Shown here piece after piece: positions 31,017 through 39,361 of a stretch of 64,000 nucleotides of DNA (the stretch's first letter is position 1; every line of letters begins with the position of its first letter). The DNA lies in assembly GCA_963664325.2 (NCBI GenBank), contig CAXXDQ010000006.1, positions 64,001-128,000 of the forward strand, read 5' to 3'. This DNA comes from Desulfomonilia bacterium. GTDB taxonomy: Bacteria > Desulfobacterota > Desulfomonilia > UBA1062. The notes beneath the pieces are model-generated. The model ran no database searches, was not told the origin of the DNA, and worked only from the letters and a program-made list of their open reading frames with translations. The translations under genes were made by a program, and so were the position numbers.

Positions 31017-31084
31017 GGGAATAGGGGGACATCCTGTTGATTCCAAACGACAAAAATGTCAAGCTTAAAGTCCTGAAACCTATG
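31017..31084. repeat. Direct repeat copy 1 (~68 bp), includes the stop codon of the FkbM gene
   Basis: GGGAATAGGG..CATCCTGTTGATTCCA..AAATGTCAAGCTTAAAG.CCTGAAACCTATG; matches 31962-32028. Confidence 0.85.
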
Positions 31085-31892
31085 ACTGCTTGGCATAAAG
31101 CATGAACACATTGCTTCCGGGCGCCAGGAATTCTTTTCCCAGATTGACGGAGAAACCCTGTGACTCCAGAAGGCGGGTGAATTTCTGAACCAGATCGTCT
31201 CCTCCTGAAATATGCTGATGGACTTCCATTGCAACCTGCTTTATCAAAGGCCAGTGCTCATCTGCGATTCCTGCTATGACATGGTCTTCATAGTTTTCCG
31301 CATCCAGCTTCATAAAATCAATTTTTGAAATGTTTGATTCTGAAATGATGTCAGATAACGGCCTGAGATGACATTTCGTCGGAACCGGTTTGTACAAATA
31401 TTTCAGTATGGCTGTTACGGCATGCCTGCGGAGTCTCTGCGGGACCATCCCGGCAATTTTATTACCCTGTGTGAATGCTTCCCAGTTTTCAGCATAATAT
31501 GCGACCTTATCGTCCCGGACAAATGGGACAATTGATGAATCGGCGCTGAGGCGCGGGAAATAATCTATTGTCATTTCACCGGGTTTTTCAGCCAGGCCGA
31601 TGTTGTAAGAATGAATCCGGTCCGGATACTCCTTTAGATTGGCTGAATAAACTTCAAAAATCTGTGGAACGGGTTCAAAAGCATATACATGGGCTGAAGG
31701 ATGGTGTTCCACGACATATCGTGAAAAATTACCGATATTAGCCCCGATATCAAAAACAATTGCATCATCAGGAATCTTCAGGCCGAATTGAAAATATTCC
31801 TGTTCCTCGTAAACTTCATTATAGCTTTCCAGGGCTGTTAATTTGTCCAGATAGCAGCAAGATTTCCCGTTTGGCAGTGTAAGTTGCTTCAT
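31080..31892 (-). CDS. FkbM family methyltransferase
   Basis: VFDIGANIG, YAFEPVP, IDFMKLDAE, QVAMEVH. Confidence 0.88.
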   Translation of the reverse strand: MKQLTLPNGKSCCYLDKLTALESYNEVYEEQEYFQFGLKIPDDAIVFDIGANIGNFSRYVVEHHPSAHVYAFEPVPQIFEVYSANLKEYPDRIHSYNIGLAEKPGEMTIDYFPRLSADSSIVPFVRDDKVAYYAENWEAFTQGNKIAGMVPQRLRRHAVTAILKYLYKPVPTKCHLRPLSDIISESNISKIDFMKLDAENYEDHVIAGIADEHWPLIKQVAMEVHQHISGGDDLVQKFTRLLESQGFSVNLGKEFLAPGSNVFMLYAKQS

Positions 31893-31961
31893 AAAGAAAT
31901 ATATACTTGAAACAGTCGTATCGATTCAACTTCTAAAAAAACAGCTTGATATCTGATTCAG

Positions 31962-32028
31962 GGGAATAGGGAGCATCCTGTTGATTCCAGCCAATAGAAA
32001 TGTCAAGCTTAAAGGCCTGAAACCTATG
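31962..32028. repeat. Direct repeat copy 2 (~67 bp)
   Basis: Near-identical to 31017-31084. Confidence 0.85.
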
Positions 32029-32049
32029 GTTCTTTTTGGCTGGACTCGG

Positions 32050-32658
32050 TTATTGGGTGACTCCTGTTTGCTGTTGAGTGCTCTTCTTGAAAGCCACGAA
32101 CCAAGCACCGGCAAAGATGGAAACCAGAATTCCGACAAGTGCCAACGTCGCATAGAACAGTTCACGAATAGTGTCGATCTCCCGTTGGAAGGTGTCCTTA
32201 TCCATCGTCCGATCCAGCCCGGCCTTCAGTGAAAGGTAGTCCTTCTGGATCGTTCTGAACTCAACCAACTGCTCTGGCGTGGCGAACATAAAGGTTCTTA
32301 ACTTCGCAAGGTCGGTCCGCATTTCCTGCAGAGATGAAATATCCTCCGTTTTGATCTCACCCACAGAAATTGCCTTCTCGATACGAGCCAGGCGAGCGTC
32401 GACATTGTCGGTTGTCAGCGCGGCTGTCTGTTTCTCAAGTGCCGCCAGTTTCGCCTCGATATTCGGAATCTTGTCAAGGGCGCGTGCCTGCGTCTGCAGT
32501 ATCTCCGCTTTGACTTCTAAGATGCGTTTGATAGGAGAGATGAAGAATAACACAAAAGTCAAGATTATCACGAGAAAGTAGATCAATATCATGGTGATAA
32601 TCATCTGCCGTAATCGGAGCATTCTGTATTCGTAGTATCTATTGTCAGGACTTGGCAT
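32050..32658 (-). CDS. Hypothetical 2-TM coiled-coil protein, probable integron gene cassette
   Basis: AAGGAGG RBS; TM-coil-TM; preceded by GTTGGGT core, ends at complementary ACCCAAT. Confidence 0.7.
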   Translation of the reverse strand: MPSPDNRYYEYRMLRLRQMIITMILIYFLVIILTFVLFFISPIKRILEVKAEILQTQARALDKIPNIEAKLAALEKQTAALTTDNVDARLARIEKAISVGEIKTEDISSLQEMRTDLAKLRTFMFATPEQLVEFRTIQKDYLSLKAGLDRTMDKDTFQREIDTIRELFYATLALVGILVSIFAGAWFVAFKKSTQQQTGVTQ

Positions 32659-32679
32659 GTTACGTCCCTCCTTTCGATC

Positions 32680-32714
32680 TCACCCAACAATTAATATAAC
32701 CTATGGTCCTTTTT
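32680..32714 (-). other. attI-like recombination site
   Basis: Minus strand GTTATATTAATTGTTGGGT (GTTRRRY core) between the cassette and the divergent integrase remnant. Confidence 0.55.
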
Positions 32715-32789
32715 TAATATTTTGTAAAATTGTACTTGAATTTACAGTAAATGAAAAGAGATATAATGTAATAATATCAACATCTTCAA

Positions 32790-33030
32790 ATGCAAATAAA
32801 ACCGACATTCTTCCCGAGTTCCAAAACTTTCTTCTGGAAAAGAAACTGACGCAGGAAAAAATGTTTTCTTTTATGCACTGTGGACAAGCAAATACTTAGC
32901 CTATGACCATAAAAAGAAAATAAGCTCAAAGAAATATCAGGAAAACGCCGTCCTTGAATTTATCGAATCCTTGAAAGCAGACGACAATGTATCCGGCTGA
33001 CAAATTCGTCAGGCAATGGCTATCAGCGGG
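32790..33030 (+). pseudogene. intI: Integron integrase N-terminal remnant (long deltaproteobacterial form)
   Basis: KTDILPEFQNFLLEKKLTQEK/NVFFYALWTSKY..ENAVLEFIESL..SG*QIRQA after fixing a frameshift in A-run 32856-32861; TGA at 32998 replaces W of WQIRQA; truncated. Confidence 0.65.
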
Positions 33031-33039
33031 GTCAATGAA

Positions 33040-34387
33040 TCAAAGCCCCATGATGCGCTTGGTCTCTTCCTTGCTGTCGCCTATCTTGTACGGGATGAAT
33101 GCAAGAAGCCCTATGAAACAGGAAACCGCGCAGACTATCCAGACCATGCGCACGCCAAGGGGATTAGCCTTGCTGTAGCCGAATACAGAGAATATTCCAA
33201 CCAGGATGAGCGAGCACAAGGCCCAGCCGGTCTTTCTCACTATCCCGTAGAGGCCGTAGTATATAGCCTCCCTGCGCCTGCCGCTCTTGAGCTCGTCATA
33301 ATCCGTCAGGTCTGCAATCACGCCGAGCGACGCCGTGAACATCCCGCCTATGGGAATGGCCGCAATGGGAAAAATCAGCATGGCCTGGACCAGCGGCGAG
33401 GAAGAAGGGCAGCTTGCCGATGAAGAAGCTCAGTGAAAAGCCCATGATCATGAGCGCTATGATGAGACGGAATACATTTTTCTTTGAGTATTTCTTAAGC
33501 AGAAGATACCACATCGGCGACGAAGCCGCGATCAGTATGATCACCTCAGCCATGATGAGAGAGGCGTCAGCCTCCTTTTTGCCAAGGACGAGTGTGGTCA
33601 GATAGGGCACGTTCATCAGCATGAGCTGGTATGTGAGCTGCACCATCATGATCATCCCTGCGAATGAAAGGAACTGCCTGTCGCCGAAGACCTCTTTCAC
33701 TACCTTGAAAAATCCGGGCATGCCCTCTTCAGGCGGCGGCGAATGGCGCTCCTTGATTCCGAAAAGGGTAAGCTCGCCTGCGATAAAGGCGGGCACGGCC
33801 AGCAAAAGCCCCATCATGAAAGGGCCGTACTTGGAAAACAGCGGACCGGAAAGGCCCCCTCCCAGGAGCGCACCGATGACGCCGATGGCCACGCCGATCG
33901 AGGCGATCTTCACCCTGTCCTCGTTCTTCTGGCTGATCTCGGGCAGCACGGCGAACCAGGGAATGAGCACCCCCGTGTAGGCCCAGTAGTAAAAGAAAAG
34001 GACGGTGGCTAAAAAGATCACGTTGGTGATGCTTATTCCATGGACGGGAGGCGTCCAGACCAGGATGAAGGTGAGAAATAGAAATGGGTTCGATATGAAG
34101 ATATATGGCTTTCTGCGCCCCCAGCGGGATTTGGTGTGATCGCTCCAGTACCCGACAAGAGGATCGTTGAGTGCATCGAGGATCCTCCCGCCTGCGAGTA
34201 TTATCCCCACGGCGGCGAGTGGAATGTAGTGGACCGCCATGGAGTCTTTAGGGGGCGTGTAGAAATACGGCAGCCACGCATAGAGCACCGTGTCATAAAC
34301 ATTGAAGGCGAAGCCGGCAAGGTTGTAGAGGACGATTTCCTTGAGCGTCACCGGCATGAACTCATGCATCGCTTGCTTTGCGGGCAT
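33040..34387 (-). CDS. Second GPH (MelB-like) symporter; frameshift (extra base ~33400)
   Basis: RILDALNDPLVGYWSDHT.SRWGRRKPY; C-terminal ORF IADLTDYDELKSGRRREAIYYG; removing one C joins them (..LPFFSPLVQAML..). Confidence 0.85.
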
Positions 34388-34407
34388 ATATCCTTCCCGT
34401 ATGCCTT

Positions 34408-35049
34408 TCAGGATGCCATCAGCCGTTTTACGAGTTCAACGCCCGACTGCGCGTCTTCACCGTAGCCGTCTGCGCCAATCTCATCGGCGAATCTCTGGCT
34501 CAGCGGCGCGCCGCCGATGATGAATTTGTAGCTTTTTCTGAGTCCTTCTTTAGCAAAAGTCTCAATGACTTCCTTCATGGCGGGCATGGTTGTTGAGAGC
34601 AGCGCCGACATGCCGATGATGTTCGGGGACCACTCTTTCGCCTTTGAAAGGAAGGCCTCGGCCTTGACATTGACGCCCATATCCAGCACGTCGAAGCCGT
34701 TTCCCTGCAGCAGCGCGAAAAGAATATTCTTGCCGATCTCGTGTATGTCGCCCTCCACCGTACCCAGGAGCACCTTGCCTCGCGTGGAGTAATCGCCTTC
34801 CTTAAGCTTCGGGAGGATTATTTTGAATGCGTTGTCATAGGCCTTCACGCACATGAGCACCTCTGGAAGAAAATAATCACCGTCCCTGAAAAGCACTCCC
34901 ACCCTGTCGAGCGCAGGAAGTAGCGCCGTGTTGAGTATCTCCAGTGCGCTTTCCCCGGACTCCAGAAGCTTTTCGACAAGCCCCAGTGCTGTATCGGCAT
35001 CCATCTGTACGATCGCCTCTTCAAGCTCCCTGAACATCGCTTCTCCCAT
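34408..35049 (-). CDS. Cobalamin-binding corrinoid protein (MttC/MtgC-like)
   Basis: Cap domain (YFLPEV), GTVEGDIHEIGKN, MSALLSTT, IIGGAP, IGADGY. Confidence 0.95.
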   Translation of the reverse strand: MGEAMFRELEEAIVQMDADTALGLVEKLLESGESALEILNTALLPALDRVGVLFRDGDYFLPEVLMCVKAYDNAFKIILPKLKEGDYSTRGKVLLGTVEGDIHEIGKNILFALLQGNGFDVLDMGVNVKAEAFLSKAKEWSPNIIGMSALLSTTMPAMKEVIETFAKEGLRKSYKFIIGGAPLSQRFADEIGADGYGEDAQSGVELVKRLMAS

Positions 35050-35070
35050 TGCCTGCCTCCCTTTGTATGC

Positions 35071-36534
35071 CTAGCCTTCCCATTCGGCCGCATAGAAATC
35101 GTCCAGGCTTTTCGCCCTCACCGATTCCACATAGGCGTCAATTTCCTTGATAAGATTGGAATCCAGCTGCCGCTCTTTATGCGCGGCAATGATTTTCTTG
35201 GCCTCTTCCCTCGCGTGATTCACCATCTCCCTGCTTCCGCCGCGCTCCCACACATCGCGCTTGTCCCGGTCCGCCAGCTTCGGAATGCTATGTTCGCGCC
35301 TGAAATTCTTCTGTGTATGCTCTTCCATGATGTAGTTGCCGTTCGGCCCGACATGCTTGATGACCTCGGCGGCCATGGTGATGTCGTTGACCTCGATCCC
35401 GCGAAGAGCCCGCTCGATCTGACCGATGATTTCGTTGTCTATTACTGATAGTTCATGTGCGCCCGCGGTGGTGGATTCGATGGTGCCCACGCAGGTGATG
35501 TAATTCGCCCCGCCGAGTGCGGCCAGCATCATCGAGCGCTCCCGCTCGACGCCGCACTGGAGGTCGAGTGTCTTGGCCTCGGTGCCGCCTGCTGCTGCCC
35601 TGCAGGGAACACCGTAAAAATGCGCCATCTGGGCTGAGGCGGCGCTGATGAGGCCCATTTCAATTGCGCCGAGGGCTACAGTTCCGCGCCGCATTTCGGC
35701 TATGGTTGAAACCGATCCGTACATGACGGGAGTGCCGGGATTGACGGCCTGGGCCATGACAATATAGGCAAGGACTTCCGCATTGTGCTGCGCGAGAAGT
35801 CCTGCAATCGTGACAGGTGCTGTAGTGCCGGCCATGGCCTCCGGTGACATGAGCGCCGGCTGTCCCCATTCGGCGAGGATCATAAGCCCCTCAAGCTGTA
35901 TCTGTACCGAGGAAAGCGGACTCTGAATGCTCACAATGGCGATGAAAGGGTGCTGCTTCTGAATTTTTTCCCTTCCTCCCATTATCAGCGAAGTCATCTC
36001 CATCATGTCGCGGGTGGGCATGACGCCATAGGCTCCCATCCCGAATGACTTGGTGCTGTGTTTTGCCCAGGCCCTCATGGCCTCGACATGAATGGTCTGC
36101 ATGGGGATGTCGCTTGGCCAGATGTCCATCTGGTTGGAGACGATATGCTCAAGTCCGTCGAACAGGATAATATGGTTCACGATGTCCTGCAAAATCGCCG
36201 GCCGGTATTCCCCTGTATATAGATCATACATATTCACGGCTGTACCCAGTCCGCCGAAGACGCGGGTGTCCGGATTGACGGGCCAGCGCCTGGACGGGTC
36301 CGCTCCGCAAAGGATGTATTCCCTCGGCGCCTTTTTCACATATGCCTGAACGATGTCGGGACGGAATTTCACTAACTTCTTTGCCTCATCAACCGTGCAT
36401 CCGATATCGCGAAGGAGTTCCCGCATTTTCCTAAGCTCAACCTTGATGCCGGTATTCTCGAGGATGTCGAGGGAAAGGGCATCGATCTTTTTTATCTCGG
36501 ACTCACTCAGGAACGCAAGCCTGCCTGGTTTCAT
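35071..36534 (-). CDS. Trimethylamine methyltransferase (MttB) superfamily protein, non-pyrrolysine
   Basis: LDILENTGI, SPL, MAGTTAPVTIAG.LAQHNAE, PGTPVMYG, TEAK..D.Q.G.E, VIDNEI, VGP.GNY..EHT; Gly at the Pyl-equivalent position. Confidence 0.92.
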   Translation of the reverse strand: MKPGRLAFLSESEIKKIDALSLDILENTGIKVELRKMRELLRDIGCTVDEAKKLVKFRPDIVQAYVKKAPREYILCGADPSRRWPVNPDTRVFGGLGTAVNMYDLYTGEYRPAILQDIVNHIILFDGLEHIVSNQMDIWPSDIPMQTIHVEAMRAWAKHSTKSFGMGAYGVMPTRDMMEMTSLIMGGREKIQKQHPFIAIVSIQSPLSSVQIQLEGLMILAEWGQPALMSPEAMAGTTAPVTIAGLLAQHNAEVLAYIVMAQAVNPGTPVMYGSVSTIAEMRRGTVALGAIEMGLISAASAQMAHFYGVPCRAAAGGTEAKTLDLQCGVERERSMMLAALGGANYITCVGTIESTTAGAHELSVIDNEIIGQIERALRGIEVNDITMAAEVIKHVGPNGNYIMEEHTQKNFRREHSIPKLADRDKRDVWERGGSREMVNHAREEAKKIIAAHKERQLDSNLIKEIDAYVESVRAKSLDDFYAAEWEG

Positions 36535-36679
36535 AATACCCTCCATTGCTGGTCTGAATCGAGAAGATCACATGTTAACAAATAAATAAAATAGACATAT
36601 AATTAAAAAGTCAATCAATTAACTGAACCCAAGATAAATTTGCAGGCCAAATTTTGCCGACATATCAATTGAGGCTGCA

Positions 36680-37684
36680 TCAGATAAGCTTCTGGTCAAG
36701 GACCCAGTTATATGTCTCCACAAGGGCTTCAAGAGCGGTCTTTTGGGGTTCATAGCCGAGAATCTTTCTTGCCTTCGATATGTCGTAGTCCCCTCCTGTG
36801 AGCGAGAACGGCAGGAGTTCCGCAGGCGTGTCCGTCATGGGCAGTGAAATGTCAAACTTTACAGCGAGGTAAACTATCGGCGGCATGATCCAGTGAGGGA
36901 TCTTCGATATTCGCGAGTTTGAACCTACCGTCCTGATGAACCTTGAAAAGAACTCGCGAGTAGGCTCGGCAGGTCCTGCAGAGATGTTGAATGCCTCGCC
37001 ATCGGCATTTTTTGTCTCGAATGCGGCGATAAAGGCGTCGGCTACATCCGTGGCGGCCACTATAGTAAACGGTATTTCAGGGCCGCCGGGAAGCGGCAGA
37101 GGTTTACCGCTGTGTACGCGCCGCATCATGGACAGCGCGGCCTTCTCATGGTAGAAGCCCGCGCCCATGATCATGGGCATACGCATAAATGAAACCTTCA
37201 GGCCGTGTTTTTTTCTGTATTCGAGCAGCATCTGCTCGCACTCCCACTTGTTGCGGCTGTATATGCCTGTGAAGAGCTTGGGCGAATCTTCTCGTATCGG
37301 AAAATCCTTCTGAGCGCCGTATATTTCTATGGTCGATGCGAAGATCAGTGCAGGGACGCCATGGCGTACGCATCCTTCGGCGACGTTTTTCGTGCCGCCC
37401 ACGTTGATCTGCCAGAAGCCGTCTTTTGAAAGGCGCGCCTGGGGCATGCGGCCTGCAAGATGGAAGACGGCCGAGCAGCCGCGGCAGGCTTTAATGACTG
37501 CTTCGGCTTCCGTAACACTGCCTTTTATGAAATCAACAGGACCCAGGTCTTCCGGAGGGGAAGAGAGGTCCATGACGCGCACTTCCATTCCCCGGTTCAA
37601 CAGTGCTGAAACCAGATGACGGCCCAGCAGGCCGCTGCCTCCAGTCACCAGGGCTTTCCGTCCCTTCAGATCGCCTTGAGCCAT
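36680..37684 (-). CDS. NAD-dependent epimerase/dehydratase (extended SDR)
   Basis: LVTGGSGLLG, VFHLAG, NVGGT, YSRNK, YDISKARKILGYEP; start reassigned to MAQGD (GGAGG RBS). Confidence 0.88.
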   Translation of the reverse strand: MAQGDLKGRKALVTGGSGLLGRHLVSALLNRGMEVRVMDLSSPPEDLGPVDFIKGSVTEAEAVIKACRGCSAVFHLAGRMPQARLSKDGFWQINVGGTKNVAEGCVRHGVPALIFASTIEIYGAQKDFPIREDSPKLFTGIYSRNKWECEQMLLEYRKKHGLKVSFMRMPMIMGAGFYHEKAALSMMRRVHSGKPLPLPGGPEIPFTIVAATDVADAFIAAFETKNADGEAFNISAGPAEPTREFFSRFIRTVGSNSRISKIPHWIMPPIVYLAVKFDISLPMTDTPAELLPFSLTGGDYDISKARKILGYEPQKTALEALVETYNWVLDQKLI

Positions 37685-37721
37685 ATCACCTCCCTCGACT
37701 TGACCATCTCCAAACTCTTGC

Positions 37722-37750
37722 ATTATATTGACAGAAATCCGCTTTGTCAA
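37722..37750 (-). promoter_or_regulatory. Perfect-consensus sigma70 promoter for the SDR gene, overlapping a TTGACA-N11-TGTCAA palindrome
   Basis: Minus strand TTGACA (37750-37745), 17 nt, TATAAT (37727-37722). Confidence 0.75.
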
Positions 37751-37763
37751 AAAGGAGAATGCC

Positions 37764-38171
37764 ATGTTCGATCATGTCTGGGCAGAAGAACCGCTGAGCT
37801 TCATAATCGCCCCGCAGGACAATATTCCCTCACCGGATATCCTGCAAAATGCCGAGCTCTATTTCGGCTGGGGCTATCTGATGAATCCCCGTTTCATAAA
37901 GAAGCTGCTCGGCCATGCCATTCCCTTTGCGCCTGCCGTGCTCAAGGGATACCGCAGGGAAGAGTTCTTGAATAACAACGGCAAGCGGGATTTCAATCTG
38001 ATCCCTGACGAAAAGGGCGTGGTTATGGGGGTTGTTCTCATTTCTCCCAGTGAAGAGGACATAGTAAAACTTGATACTTTCGAACAGGTCCCGAGGGTCA
38101 TGATCAAGCGCAGGATTGAAATCATGACAGGAGACCTTGTGCGCGAGGCCAATACTTACATGAGGGTCTGA
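37764..38171 (+). CDS. Gamma-glutamylcyclotransferase (GGCT/AIG2)-like protein
   Basis: YFGWGYLMNP, PAVLKGYRR, V.GV, LDTFEQ, A.TY; AAGGAG RBS. Confidence 0.7.
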   Translation: MFDHVWAEEPLSFIIAPQDNIPSPDILQNAELYFGWGYLMNPRFIKKLLGHAIPFAPAVLKGYRREEFLNNNGKRDFNLIPDEKGVVMGVVLISPSEEDIVKLDTFEQVPRVMIKRRIEIMTGDLVREANTYMRV

Positions 38172-38278
38172 TCATCATTTACAATAATCGGCAAGGCGTC
38201 TGATGTTATGTATATCTGCGGAGGCCTTGCCTGATCCGGCTGACAGTTCACAAGTACGTAGATTTTTTTAAATATTTT

Positions 38279-38307
38279 TTGACACCCGGGCCCGCTCACT
38301 TTATACT
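38279..38307 (+). promoter_or_regulatory. Sigma70 promoter
   Basis: TTGACA-17 nt-TATACT upstream of 38359. Confidence 0.7.
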
Positions 38308-38358
38308 TCCTTAATTGTGTAGTGGATTCATATCAATTGCGAATCAAGGAGATAAACA

Positions 38359-39345
38359 ATGGCCAAAAAAAGGACTTACTACGAGCTTTCAATGGAGAAA
38401 GAATGGCGGGACGACACCAAGCGGGCTTATGTCACGATAGAGTCCATGGGCGAATCGGTGCTACTTCTTAGGGAGGACGATGTTCTCGAAGTGCTTGACG
38501 GCGCATACGACATGCACTGCCATGCCTTCCCGGACCCTTTGATAGACACGGGCTGGGATCAGGTCCAGGTCACGAAGGCGGCAACTGACATCGGTATGGG
38601 CGGAGTCGTCTTCAAGGCTCACACATTCCCTTCCGCTGCGACCGTGCCTTTCGTTAATCAGGCGGTTCAGGCGTACGCGAAGGCCTGTGATAAAAAGCCG
38701 GCTCATGCATACGGCGGCATAGTCCTCAATAATTATGTAGGCGGCCTCAACCCCGAATCGGTCGAGATGTGCGCAAGGCTGGGCGGCAAGGTGGTCTGGC
38801 TCCCGAGCCATGATTCGGCGCACCATAACCGGGTAATAGGCGAGCCCGGCGGGATAGAGCTTCTCGACAAAAACGACAAACCTGTAAAGCCCCTTTATGA
38901 GATATTCGAGATAGCTGCCAGGCACGATATGATTGTGGACCCATGCCATGCAGGGACCAAGGAGAGATTCATCGTCGTCGAGGAGGCGAAGAAACTCGGA
39001 GTGAAAAGGTTCATGATCACGCACCCAAACTGGAACGTCACCAAGATGACCCTTGAGCAGGAGCGCGAAATAGGCAAAATGGGCGGATATATAGGCCTCT
39101 TCTGCTATGGCGATATCCCGAACTTCAACAACCCTAACTGCGACCCTCTTTACATGATCGAGTGCATAAAGAAAGTCGGGCCGGACCGCTGCTTCATCGC
39201 ATCCGACCTGGGAACCGTGGTCAATGTTCCGCCCGCGGAAGGCATGAAGCTTTTCGTGCGCATCCTGCTCGCAATGGGCATGAAAAAGGCCGACATACGC
39301 AAGATGTGTGTCAATAATCCCAGATACCTGCTGGGGCTCGACTGA
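38359..39345 (+). CDS. Amidohydrolase-superfamily metalloprotein (DUF6282-like)
   Basis: DMHCHAFPD, VFKAH, GGIVLN..VGGLNP, VWLP, H, THP, ASDLG, NNP. Confidence 0.75.
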   Translation: MAKKRTYYELSMEKEWRDDTKRAYVTIESMGESVLLLREDDVLEVLDGAYDMHCHAFPDPLIDTGWDQVQVTKAATDIGMGGVVFKAHTFPSAATVPFVNQAVQAYAKACDKKPAHAYGGIVLNNYVGGLNPESVEMCARLGGKVVWLPSHDSAHHNRVIGEPGGIELLDKNDKPVKPLYEIFEIAARHDMIVDPCHAGTKERFIVVEEAKKLGVKRFMITHPNWNVTKMTLEQEREIGKMGGYIGLFCYGDIPNFNNPNCDPLYMIECIKKVGPDRCFIASDLGTVVNVPPAEGMKLFVRILLAMGMKKADIRKMCVNNPRYLLGLD

Positions 39346-39361
39346 TTGAAGGGGCTTTGAC

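Noticed and set aside
32998-33000. TGA recoding (Sec/Trp) in the integrase remnant
   Set aside because: The fragment is also frameshifted and truncated, and TGA is a normal stop elsewhere in the window
35571-35604. Pyrrolysine-containing trimethylamine methyltransferase
   Set aside because: The ORF is uninterrupted; the Pyl-equivalent position (before T/S-D/E-A-K) is a GGC Gly codon, and no pyl genes are in the window
36535-36680. Cobalamin riboswitch upstream of the corrinoid operon
   Set aside because: Short AT-rich spacer with no B12-box or recognisable stems
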